Translations under genes and position numbers: made by a program
Shown: positions 50,888-59,307 of the stretch, piece after piece
How the letters are laid out: each line of letters begins with the position of its first letter
How positions within the stretch are numbered: the stretch's first letter is position 1
The notes under the pieces: generated by a model
Told to the model about the DNA's origin: nothing
The model's database searches: none
Seen by the model: the letters and a program-made list of their open reading frames with translations, nothing else
Assembly (NCBI GenBank): GCA_946413265.1
Contig: CAMKJU010000003.1
Coordinates: forward strand, 9,087-73,086
Direction: 5' to 3'
DNA length: 64,000 nucleotides
DNA from: an uncultured Lentisphaerota bacterium
Lineage (GTDB): Bacteria > Verrucomicrobiota > Kiritimatiellia > RFP12 > UBA1067

Positions 50888-52285
50888 ATGAGCTCAAAAA
50901 CAATCATCTTCGCGGTCGCGTCAGTTGTCGCAGCGGCGGCGGGTGCGGCGGCAATTCCGGCGGCGCCGTTCGCCGACAACATGGTGCTGCAGCGCGGAAT
51001 GCGCGTGCCGGTGTGGGGAACGGCCCAGCCGGGCGAGAACGTGACCGTCTCGTTTGCCGGACAGACCAAGTGCGGCACCGCCGGTACGGACGGACGCTGG
51101 CGCGTCGACCTCGACCCGATGGCGGCGAGCAAGGAGCCGCGCACGCTCGTGATCGGCGAGCGGAAGATCGCGAATGTGCTGGTGGGCGAGGTGTGGCTTG
51201 CCTCGGGGCAGAGCAACATGGAGGATCCCATCCTCAGCGGCAACTCGCGCTACCGCGACGGCTGGGGGCAGACCATGACGGCTCTCGCCCGCCGGAGCGA
51301 CATCCGCTTCTACACGGCGCCGCAGTGCAAGATGAAGAAGCCGAACCTGAACCAGAAGATCGTCTGGCGCGACTTCTCCGCCAAGACGTTCAAGGACCCC
51401 GACGCGCGCGTGCCGATCTGCCTCTGGACGAAGGGGCTTGTCTCCGCCGTCGGCTTCTACTACGCCCTTGCCATCCACGACGCCATCGACGTGCCGGTGG
51501 GGCTCGTGGACGTCAGCTGGGGCGGATCGCGTCTCGAGCCGTGGATCGCACCCGGCGGCGAGATGTGGAACGGCATGGTGGCGGCGTTCGCGCCGATGGC
51601 CTGCCGGGGATTCATCTGGTACCAGGGCTGCTCCAACTCGAAGGACGGAGCAGCCTACACCGGGAAGATGCACACGCTCTACAAAAGCTGGGCGAAGGCG
51701 TTCTGCAACCCCGACCTGAAGATGTACTTCGTGCAGCTGGCACCTTTCAACAGGAGCTGGTACGACGTGCAGCTCGCGCAGGCGCGTTTCGCCGCCGAGG
51801 AGAAGAACGCCGGCATGGCCGTCACCTGCGACCTTGGCAACCCCTACGACATCCATCCCAACGCCAAGGAACCCGTCGCCCGCCGTCTCGCCCTCCACGC
51901 GCTGAAGGACATCTACGGCTTCGACGACGTGATCGCCGACTCGCCCACGCTCAAGTCGTCGCATGTCGATGAGCACGGGCGCTTCGTGCTTGAATTCAAC
52001 GACGCGACGTCGTGGTACGGCTACACGCCGAACAACGTCGCGCCGGACGGGTTTGAGATTGCCGGAGAGGATGGCGTGTTCCATCCCGCGCGCGTCGCGA
52101 ACCAACTTGTCGAGAAGGGGCGGAAGGGCAAGATGTACGAGGGACGCGAACTGATTGTGGCGAGCGACAAGGTGAAGGCCCCGAAGCGTCTGCGCTACCT
52201 CTACAGCAAGCCGTGGGTGGGTTCGCTCTATGCCGGCGACTCCGGTCTGCCGCTGGGACCGTTTGAAGTAACCGCCGCGAAGTGA
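50888..52285 (+). CDS. sialate O-acetylesterase (SASA/DUF303 family)
   Basis: FADNMVLQRGMRVPVWGTAQPGENVTV...VLVGEVWLASGQSNME is a classic N-terminal signature. A signal peptide is present. Confidence 0.85.
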   Translation: MSSKTIIFAVASVVAAAAGAAAIPAAPFADNMVLQRGMRVPVWGTAQPGENVTVSFAGQTKCGTAGTDGRWRVDLDPMAASKEPRTLVIGERKIANVLVGEVWLASGQSNMEDPILSGNSRYRDGWGQTMTALARRSDIRFYTAPQCKMKKPNLNQKIVWRDFSAKTFKDPDARVPICLWTKGLVSAVGFYYALAIHDAIDVPVGLVDVSWGGSRLEPWIAPGGEMWNGMVAAFAPMACRGFIWYQGCSNSKDGAAYTGKMHTLYKSWAKAFCNPDLKMYFVQLAPFNRSWYDVQLAQARFAAEEKNAGMAVTCDLGNPYDIHPNAKEPVARRLALHALKDIYGFDDVIADSPTLKSSHVDEHGRFVLEFNDATSWYGYTPNNVAPDGFEIAGEDGVFHPARVANQLVEKGRKGKMYEGRELIVASDKVKAPKRLRYLYSKPWVGSLYAGDSGLPLGPFEVTAAK

Positions 52286-52328
52286 AATTAAGCTGCGTTC
52301 AGTTTTTCCCCTACGCCAACGGGAATTT

Positions 52329-52337
52329 TGGTATAAT
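52329..52337 (+). promoter_or_regulatory. extended -10 TGGTATAAT, 8 nt before the ATG (leaderless)
   Basis: Read directly from the sequence. Confidence 0.65.
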
Positions 52338-52345
52338 GTGCGGCA

Positions 52346-53938
52346 ATGAAACCGATAGCCACAGATACGCACGACTTCCCGTCCATACGAAGGGACGGAA
52401 AGATCTACGTCGATAAGACGGAATTCATCTACCGTCTGATTGCGCACAACGACACGAAGCTGTTCTTCATTTCGCGTCCGCGAAGGTTTGGTAAGTCATT
52501 GACGGTCTCCGCCCTGAAGGCGCTCTTCTCCGGACGGCGCGAACTGTTCAAGGGGCTCTACATTGACGGGACTGACTGGAAGTGGGAGAAATACCCCATC
52601 ATCCACTTCGAGTTCAACGACCTCACCACGACGAGCCTCGAAGAGTTTGAGAAGGATCTCGTGCACCATGTGGAAGACCGATTGACGGAGGCTGGATACA
52701 CATACGACAGTTCTAGGTCCGCGCATGAGAACTTCGGCAAGGCGATAACGGAGCTTGCCGTCCGGAAAGACGAGAACGGAAACGACGTCCACAAGGGCGT
52801 CGTGATCCTTGTGGACGAGTACGACGCGCCGGTGGGGCACGCGCTGGGCGACCTCGACTTCGCGGAGAAGGTACGGGACCGGCTTTCCGCCGTCTATTCG
52901 CAGATGAAGAACCGCACGGGCGACATCAAGTTCCTGTTCATGACGGGCGTCAGCAAGTTCACGCGGCTTTCCGTGTTCTCCGCGTTGAGCAACATCGTCG
53001 ATGTGTCGCAGAGAAAAGAGTACGCGACGATGTTCGGCTACACGGAGGATGAACTTTCGGCGAACTTCGAGGAGCATCTGCGCGAACACGCGCGGATCAT
53101 AGGCAAGTCATACGATGAGTACCGCGCCGAGATGAAGTGGTGGTTCAACGGTTTCCGTTTCGCGCCTGATGTCGAAACGACCGTGTACAACCCGATTTCC
53201 GTTGCGTTGACGCTTGACGAGAAATCGGCGAGCGGATTCAAGGCGACGTGGGCGACGACCGGGCGTCCGTCGATGTTGATGAACTTCCTGAAGCGCGAGG
53301 AACTTCTTGCCATCGACTACGAAGGCGTAGAGGCGACGGAGGCCGAATTCGACGTTGCCGAGCTGCGCAGGCTCCGTCCGACCGCCATGCTCTACCAATC
53401 GGGGTACCTCACGGTGAAGGACTACGATGACGGGCTTTACACCCTCGGCGTTCCCGACGAGGAGGTGCGTCGCGACCTTGCGACGCTCATCGCGGGCGCG
53501 GCGGCGGACGAGGACATGCAGTGGGCGTCTTCGCTCGGCGTGAAGCTCCTCACGGCGCAGTGGCCGATGTTCTTCGTCGGACTCAAGTCGCTCTATGCGC
53601 ACATGCCATACGGCGCGCTGGAGGGCACGATTCACGAACATTCATACGAGCGCATCCTCTGCACGCTTCTCGCCGCGCAGGGCGTGACGAGCCATGCCGA
53701 GGACGAGCAGTCGAACGGGCGCGCCGACGTCGTCGCGAAGCACAAGCGTGGTATCTACATTTTCGAGCTGAAGGTGGACGAGCCCGTTGACAAGGCGTTC
53801 GCGAAGATACGCAAGAAGGGATATGCCGAGCCCTACCTCGCCGACGGACGCCCCATCTGGCTGATCGGGCTCTCGTTCGACTCCAAGACGCGCCGACTCG
53901 TCGATTGCGTGGCGGAACGATTTGACGGAAGCAATTAA
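52346..53938 (+). CDS. predicted AAA-ATPase (PF09820-like) with PD-(D/E)XK C-terminal domain
   Basis: FPSIRRDGKIYVDKTEFIYRLI...FFISRPRRFGKSLTVSAL is a signature N-terminus. C-terminal GRADVVAKHKRGIYIFELK. Confidence 0.8.
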   Translation: MKPIATDTHDFPSIRRDGKIYVDKTEFIYRLIAHNDTKLFFISRPRRFGKSLTVSALKALFSGRRELFKGLYIDGTDWKWEKYPIIHFEFNDLTTTSLEEFEKDLVHHVEDRLTEAGYTYDSSRSAHENFGKAITELAVRKDENGNDVHKGVVILVDEYDAPVGHALGDLDFAEKVRDRLSAVYSQMKNRTGDIKFLFMTGVSKFTRLSVFSALSNIVDVSQRKEYATMFGYTEDELSANFEEHLREHARIIGKSYDEYRAEMKWWFNGFRFAPDVETTVYNPISVALTLDEKSASGFKATWATTGRPSMLMNFLKREELLAIDYEGVEATEAEFDVAELRRLRPTAMLYQSGYLTVKDYDDGLYTLGVPDEEVRRDLATLIAGAAADEDMQWASSLGVKLLTAQWPMFFVGLKSLYAHMPYGALEGTIHEHSYERILCTLLAAQGVTSHAEDEQSNGRADVVAKHKRGIYIFELKVDEPVDKAFAKIRKKGYAEPYLADGRPIWLIGLSFDSKTRRLVDCVAERFDGSN

Positions 53939-53941
53939 ACC

Positions 53942-54115
53942 ATGGAGAACGTGAAGAGATTCAACACGACTGGCCCGTGCTTCCCTGACGAGCACTATAT
54001 GCTGCCGGCGCTGGACCGGTTGCCGGGCATCCGTGAACTCGTCGCGGGCGGCAGCTACTTCGTCGTACACGCGCCGCGCCAGACGGGCAAGACCATCCAT
54101 GTCCTCGGCTTGTGA
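53942..54115 (+). pseudogene. internal-deletion remnant of an AAA-ATPase paralog (57 codons)
   Basis: MENVKRFNTTGPCFPDEHYMLPALDRLPGIRELVAGGSYFVVHAPRQTGKT matches the N-terminus of 42962..44530. It then jumps directly to IHVLGL*, which corresponds to that protein's C-terminal IHVVGL*. Confidence 0.75.
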
Positions 54116-54130
54116 ATTTAAGAAGGAGAG

Positions 54131-55105
54131 ATGCAAATGAGACTTGCCGCACCTCACATTGTGCAATACCAAGGGTCGAAGCGGATTCTCGCTCCGCAGA
54201 TATTGCGCTATATGCCCAAACGGTTCAACCGCATGGTTGAGCCGTTTGCTGGAAGCGCCGCAATGACGATTGCGGCGGCGTCGGAGATGCGGGCAGGTGC
54301 GTATCTTGTGAACGACCTCAACGGGCCGCTTGTGGGGTTAATTGAAGCGGTGGTGGCAAACCCCGACGGATTTTTGCGGGACTATGCCGCTGTGTGGGAA
54401 GGGCAGTTCTCGTTCCCCGACGGACATCTGGCGCATTTCTACAAGATACGCGATGAATTTAACGCAGGTGACACAAGACCGGCAAATATGTACTACCTTC
54501 TCGCTCGGTGCGTGAAGGGATCTGTCAGGTACGGAAGAAACGGAAATTTCAACCAGTCTCCAGATAAGCGCCGACATGGCACGTCGCCTTCAAAGTTGGC
54601 GAAAAACGTGAAATGCGTTTCCGCCTTGCTGAGAGGGATTGCGCAGTTTTCCGCCATTGACTACAGGGAGGTGTTTGATCGAACGGCCCCTGGCGACGTG
54701 GTGTACATGGATCCACCGTACCAGGGTGTGTCGGACGTGCGCGACTGTAGATATTTGTCGGGGGTATCCTTCAACGAATTTGCCGATTCGCTGGAGGTGT
54801 TGAACCGTAAGGGGGTTGATTTCCTGATAAGTTACGATGGCGCGTGCGGCGGACGCGAATACGGGCAAGATCTTCCAGAGGGACTTGGCTGCCGAAAGGT
54901 GATGCTCAAGGCGGGGCTTTCAAGCCAAGCGTTACTCCTCGGTCGGAAGTCAGTCACGTATGAGGCGCTTTACGTGAGCAAGGGACTGATCTCGGGCGAG
55001 GCGGGTGCGCAAACGACAATCAAGCGCATCTTGCATGATAAATTCAAGGATGTCGCTCGACAGACGAAAAGAACAGCCAAGAAAACGGAGGACGAAAATG
55101 AATGA
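54131..55105 (+). CDS. Dam-type (D12 class) N6-adenine DNA methyltransferase
   Basis: YQGSKRILAPQI, EPFAGSAAM (motif I) and YMDPPYQG (motif IV). AAGGAGAG RBS. Confidence 0.85.
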   Translation: MQMRLAAPHIVQYQGSKRILAPQILRYMPKRFNRMVEPFAGSAAMTIAAASEMRAGAYLVNDLNGPLVGLIEAVVANPDGFLRDYAAVWEGQFSFPDGHLAHFYKIRDEFNAGDTRPANMYYLLARCVKGSVRYGRNGNFNQSPDKRRHGTSPSKLAKNVKCVSALLRGIAQFSAIDYREVFDRTAPGDVVYMDPPYQGVSDVRDCRYLSGVSFNEFADSLEVLNRKGVDFLISYDGACGGREYGQDLPEGLGCRKVMLKAGLSSQALLLGRKSVTYEALYVSKGLISGEAGAQTTIKRILHDKFKDVARQTKRTAKKTEDENE

Positions 55106-55226
55106 AGTGCATAAAACAATGCGTGGAGCGGCTTGTCGTTCCGCCGGACGTAACGTCGCGATGCCCATGTCGTCCAACGGTGAAGTCAAGTATGCCCAGA
55201 ATGGAATCGTGATCACCGTGAAATGA
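55098..55226 (+). CDS. small ORF (42 aa) overlapping the methylase stop
   Basis: GGAGGA RBS. No recognisable similarity. Confidence 0.3.
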   Translation: MNEVHKTMRGAACRSAGRNVAMPMSSNGEVKYAQNGIVITVK

Positions 55227-55236
55227 GCGTCAAAGT

Positions 55237-55269
55237 CCCCAAATCTCCGCTTTCTATCGAGATTTGGGG
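55237..55269 (+). promoter_or_regulatory. perfect 11-bp-stem hairpin CCCCAAATCTC-n11-GAGATTTGGGG
   Basis: Read directly from the sequence. No U-tract follows. The CCCCAAATC box recurs at 55299..55307. Confidence 0.6.
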
Positions 55270-55300
55270 CGCTATCGTCGAAAAATCATGGTCAAACTCC

Positions 55301-55326
55301 CCAAATCGGCATGGATTTGGTATAAT
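55301..55326 (+). promoter_or_regulatory. CCAAATC-n6-GATTTGG hairpin overlapping the extended -10 TGGTATAAT (55318..55326)
   Basis: Read directly from the sequence. Lies ~70 nt upstream of the ATG at 55395. Confidence 0.5.
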
Positions 55327-55394
55327 ATCCGCGTCTTGAATGCACGAAATGACTTAAATGGAATCGTTGCCTGAATTTGCCGAGGAGACTCAAA

Positions 55395-57293
55395 ATGATA
55401 ACGTCAAAATTCATGCGTTTCGCATATGCGGCGGTTGCGCTGTGTGCGGCTGTGGGCGTGAAGGTGTGCGCAGGCGCGGAGGTCCAGCAGGTCGCCGGGA
55501 CAACTCCCGTCGGCATGGAACAGCGCTTCTATCCGGTTTCTGATGGTTTTCCAGGCCAGTTATGCGGAGCGGCAGAGGACATCGGCGAAGCCTCAAACGA
55601 TTTCCATGCTTGTTTCAGAACCGTCTTGGGTCTTTTCGACGTTGAATGGCCAAATGGTTCGTTATCCGTGAATGTCAAGGCGTTGGGCGGCGTTCGCGTC
55701 CTCAACACGCCGCAGAACCACGCGAAGATTGAAGCGGCGCTCAATGTGCTGGATGCAAAACCGCATACGGTTGAACTGGACTGCCGTTTCGTTGAGGCGG
55801 GGCGGGAAGCGCTGGCTGCAGCGGGTTACTTCGCCACGAACCGCGTCGATGGCGCGACGTTGCTTTCCCGCCTGATGGCGCACGACGGCGTGAAGGTGCT
55901 CGCCGCGCCGCGCATGATCGGACGCAATGGAGAGGAGATAATTTCAAAGCATGTCAAAAGGATTCGTTATCCGCAAGACTATGACGTGCTTATTGACGAA
56001 GGAACGTCGAACACAGTCCGGAGGACGAGTGCAGTGGCGGTGGAACCTCAGAACTTTGAGGAGAGGGAAGTCGGCGTAACGGTCGTGGCGACGCCTACAA
56101 TACTTGAAGATGGTAACGTGCGTGTCCATCTCGAGGCAAAGCTCGTCGACGAACCGGAATGGAAGGACTTCGGCGTCAAGGCCGCATGGGAAGGCGCCGC
56201 AAGCTACGACCTCGTAATGGAACAGCCGATGTTCCCGGAGCGGTTGTCGTTGGATGCGTACTTGTCCTTGAATTTAGGGGAAACTGTCGTTATCGGCGGA
56301 GTGACGGACTCGCGGGAAAAGAACGAAGGACGGTTCGTGTTCCTTTTCGTGACTGCGCACGTGACGAATGGCGAAGGAACGGACATGACGCCGAAGATGG
56401 GAAAATGGCGTTCATGTGCGAAGGATGGTATGGAGGCGCGCACGTATGTCGTTTTGCCACCGATCTTAGGATGCTCATTGAGGGCCGACGATGAGCATGT
56501 TGAGCAGAAGACGCCTGAGGAGATTGTCGAAGAAGCCGCAATGCGAACCAGAGAGTGGAAGGAGTTCTTGACAGAAGTGGCGCATGTCGAATGGCCGTCG
56601 GGCTCAGATGTTCACTATTTGCGTTCTTTTAACCTACTTTGGGTGAAGACCACCCCCTTGAACTTTGACAAGCTGGAAAACGGGTTTCTTGTTGATGGTG
56701 TTGGCAGTCTCGTCGAGATGGATTTCCGCATTTTGGAAGCGGGGCGCGAAGCGCTTGATGCGACGGGCTACTTCGCCACGAACCGCGTCGACGGCGCGAC
56801 GTTGCTTTCCCGCCTGATGGCGCGCGACGACGTGAAGCTGCTGGAAGCCCCGCGCGTGGCAGTAACCGATAACAGTGAAGTTACGATGAAGGGCTTGATG
56901 CTCTACAGATATCCGCAGGATTTCGACGTGATGATCGGTACGGGCGCCGAGCCACAGAACTTTAAAGAACAAGAGGTCGGCACCATTCTAACGGTGACTC
57001 CAACTCTCATCAGGACTTCGGAAAAGTTTTTTGATCTCGCCGTTAATTTTCGACTCGATGGCACGCCTGAGTGGAAAAACTATGGCGCAGACGCCAAATG
57101 GAAAAAGGCGAAGGCGTATGACCTGAAGATGGAACAGCCTTTTTTCCGCGAGCGCGTGAATATCGACAGTCACGTCACAGTCAAACCCGGCACGACGGTC
57201 CTCCTTGGTGGAGGGGCGGACGCGCCGGACGGCCGCAGTAAGGCCGTGCTCGTGTTCGTAACGCCGAGGCTGGCTGGCAAATTACAGCCTTAG
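55395..57293 (+). CDS. exported protein with two tandem secretin-like (GspD C-terminal-like) domains
   Basis: Signal peptide. Two colinear halves: VELDCRFVEAGREAL...GETVVIGGV...FVFLFVTAHV and VEMDFRILEAGREAL...GTTVLLGGG...VLVFVTPRL. The secretin assignment is by eye only. Confidence 0.45.
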   Translation: MITSKFMRFAYAAVALCAAVGVKVCAGAEVQQVAGTTPVGMEQRFYPVSDGFPGQLCGAAEDIGEASNDFHACFRTVLGLFDVEWPNGSLSVNVKALGGVRVLNTPQNHAKIEAALNVLDAKPHTVELDCRFVEAGREALAAAGYFATNRVDGATLLSRLMAHDGVKVLAAPRMIGRNGEEIISKHVKRIRYPQDYDVLIDEGTSNTVRRTSAVAVEPQNFEEREVGVTVVATPTILEDGNVRVHLEAKLVDEPEWKDFGVKAAWEGAASYDLVMEQPMFPERLSLDAYLSLNLGETVVIGGVTDSREKNEGRFVFLFVTAHVTNGEGTDMTPKMGKWRSCAKDGMEARTYVVLPPILGCSLRADDEHVEQKTPEEIVEEAAMRTREWKEFLTEVAHVEWPSGSDVHYLRSFNLLWVKTTPLNFDKLENGFLVDGVGSLVEMDFRILEAGREALDATGYFATNRVDGATLLSRLMARDDVKLLEAPRVAVTDNSEVTMKGLMLYRYPQDFDVMIGTGAEPQNFKEQEVGTILTVTPTLIRTSEKFFDLAVNFRLDGTPEWKNYGADAKWKKAKAYDLKMEQPFFRERVNIDSHVTVKPGTTVLLGGGADAPDGRSKAVLVFVTPRLAGKLQP

Positions 57294-57353
57294 TTAACGA
57301 GAATCTTGGACCGCAAGAAAGTAAAGCTTCGTCAGAAAGGTTTGGTACTGAAT

Positions 57354-59189
57354 ATGGCCCTTAGAAAACTCCTAGCAACAGTTGGTGCGATGGCGGTTGC
57401 CCTCTGTGGATCGGCGGCTGCCGCCGAGGCGCGCGACCTCTTTGCGGACACCTGGGACGCGATGGACGATCTCGGCCGGTGCGTCGCCTCCGCTGGACTC
57501 CCCGCGCCGCGCGCGAAGAAGGTGGGCATCTTCTACTGGACATGGCACCAGGGGCGCAAAGGCCCGGTACTCGACAACTCGAAGCTCCTCGCGGAGGATC
57601 CCACCCTGCCGCAGCGTCCGCAGGATCCCAAATGGGGCCTTCGCAAGACCCACTACTGGGGCGAACCCGCGTTCGGCTACTATGCCACTACCGACGCCTG
57701 GGTACTGCGCCGGCATGCGCAGCTGCTGAGCGCGGCCGGGGTGGACGTGGTCGTGTTCGACGCGACGAACGGCACGCTCACGTGGATGGACTCCCTCCGC
57801 ACGCTCATGCGCACATGGGGCGACATGCGCGCGAAGGGCGAGAACACGCCGCAGTTCACGTACATGCTGCCGTTCTGGCCGGGAACGAACCAGGCCGTCA
57901 GCATCCTGCAGCTCTACCGCGACGTGTACAAGCCGGGCGTCCACAAGGAGCTCTGGTTCCACTGGGAGGGAAAACCGCTCATCCATGCGACGCCCGATCT
58001 CGTGAGGAAGATGGCGAATGATCCAAAGGTCCCGGAAAATGACCGGCGCGACTATGCGGAGATCGCGAAGTTCTTCACGTTCCGTCCGCTCCAGCCCGCC
58101 TACGCCGAGGGGCCCAAGCGTCCGGACCACTGGTGCTGGCTGGAGGCGTATCCGCAGCACGAATACGGCAAGCGCGCAGACGGCACCGTGGAGATGTGCG
58201 CGGCGGGCGTGGCGCAGAACCACTCGTGGCGCAGGCTGGACGGCGGAAGGGGACTTGCCGCGATGAACGACACGAATGTGTTCGGGCGCGCGTACATGGG
58301 GCCGGACGCGAAGGACCTCCGTCCCGGCGAGACGCTGCGCTTCGCGCCCGACCGCAACCCGCGTCGCGGCGAGCCGAACCGCTTCCTCTGGGGCGACAAC
58401 TTCGCGCAGCAGCTCGAACGCGCGCGCAAGGTCGATCCCGACTATCTTTTCGTCACCGGCTGGAACGAGTTCATCGCCGGGAACTTCGACGTGTGGCAGG
58501 GCAAGCAAGGCGCGTTCCCCGACCAGTACTCGCCCGAGTTCAGCCGCGACATCGAACCGTCGAACGGAATTCTGCAGGATCACTTCTACTGCCAGTTCGT
58601 CGATGGCGTGAGGAGGTTCAAGGGGGTGCGTCCGCAGCGTTCCGCCGCGCAGAGACCCGTGTTCCGCGACGCGGCAGGCGACGTGGACCACCGCGACGCG
58701 CAGGGCTACGGCGACACGCGCTACGTGGACAAGACGGGCCGCAACGACATCGTTGAATGCTTCGTCTCGCACGATGCGCAGTTCATCACGTTCAAGGCTG
58801 TCTGCGCATCGCCGGTCACGCCGTGTACCGATCCCGCGTGGATGCGGCTCTTCATCTCGCTGCGGCTCGCCGCGGACGATCCCGCGCCGCATTGGCACCA
58901 TCTGCATTTCGTCGTCAACCGCGTTGCGCCGCCCAACGACGGCACGGCTGTGCTGGAGCGCAGCCTCGGCGGATGGTCGTGGCAGGAGACCGCGCGCGTG
59001 CCGATGAAGGTCGAGGGGAACTCGCTCTCGATCACCCTCCCGCGTACGGCGATCGGTCAGACGGATCGCGTGGACGTGCGCTTCAAGTGGGCGGACAACA
59101 CGCCCGGCGATTCGGGTGACATTCTCGACTTCTACCGCCATGGCGACGCCGCCCCGGATGGACGTTTCCTTTACCACTATTGGCAATGA
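57354..59189 (+). CDS. secreted putative glycoside hydrolase (TIM-barrel-like; family not assignable)
   Basis: Signal peptide. GIFYWTWH, YWGEPAFGYYATTDAWVLRRHAQLLSAAGVDVVVFDATNG and FVTGWNEFIAG motifs. Confidence 0.45.
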   Translation: MALRKLLATVGAMAVALCGSAAAAEARDLFADTWDAMDDLGRCVASAGLPAPRAKKVGIFYWTWHQGRKGPVLDNSKLLAEDPTLPQRPQDPKWGLRKTHYWGEPAFGYYATTDAWVLRRHAQLLSAAGVDVVVFDATNGTLTWMDSLRTLMRTWGDMRAKGENTPQFTYMLPFWPGTNQAVSILQLYRDVYKPGVHKELWFHWEGKPLIHATPDLVRKMANDPKVPENDRRDYAEIAKFFTFRPLQPAYAEGPKRPDHWCWLEAYPQHEYGKRADGTVEMCAAGVAQNHSWRRLDGGRGLAAMNDTNVFGRAYMGPDAKDLRPGETLRFAPDRNPRRGEPNRFLWGDNFAQQLERARKVDPDYLFVTGWNEFIAGNFDVWQGKQGAFPDQYSPEFSRDIEPSNGILQDHFYCQFVDGVRRFKGVRPQRSAAQRPVFRDAAGDVDHRDAQGYGDTRYVDKTGRNDIVECFVSHDAQFITFKAVCASPVTPCTDPAWMRLFISLRLAADDPAPHWHHLHFVVNRVAPPNDGTAVLERSLGGWSWQETARVPMKVEGNSLSITLPRTAIGQTDRVDVRFKWADNTPGDSGDILDFYRHGDAAPDGRFLYHYWQ

Positions 59190-59210
59190 AAAATATTTTG
59201 ATTTTTTCAT

Positions 59211-59238
59211 TTGCATTCGCGCCGATTCTGTGTATAAT
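59211..59238 (+). promoter_or_regulatory. sigma-70-type promoter TTGCAT-16nt-TATAAT
   Basis: Lies in an AT-rich spacer ~70 nt upstream of the ATG at 59308. Confidence 0.55.
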
Positions 59239-59255
59239 TGCACTTGTTTCTTAGG

Positions 59256-59271
59256 GGAAGTGTACACTTCC
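59256..59271. promoter_or_regulatory. perfect 16-bp palindrome GGAAGTGTACACTTCC in the 5' UTR
   Basis: Read directly from the sequence. Lies between the -10 and the start codon of the C10 peptidase gene. Confidence 0.6.
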
Positions 59272-59307
59272 TCCGTAGGATTATGTCTGAATAGGACGGT
59301 GAGCCTT

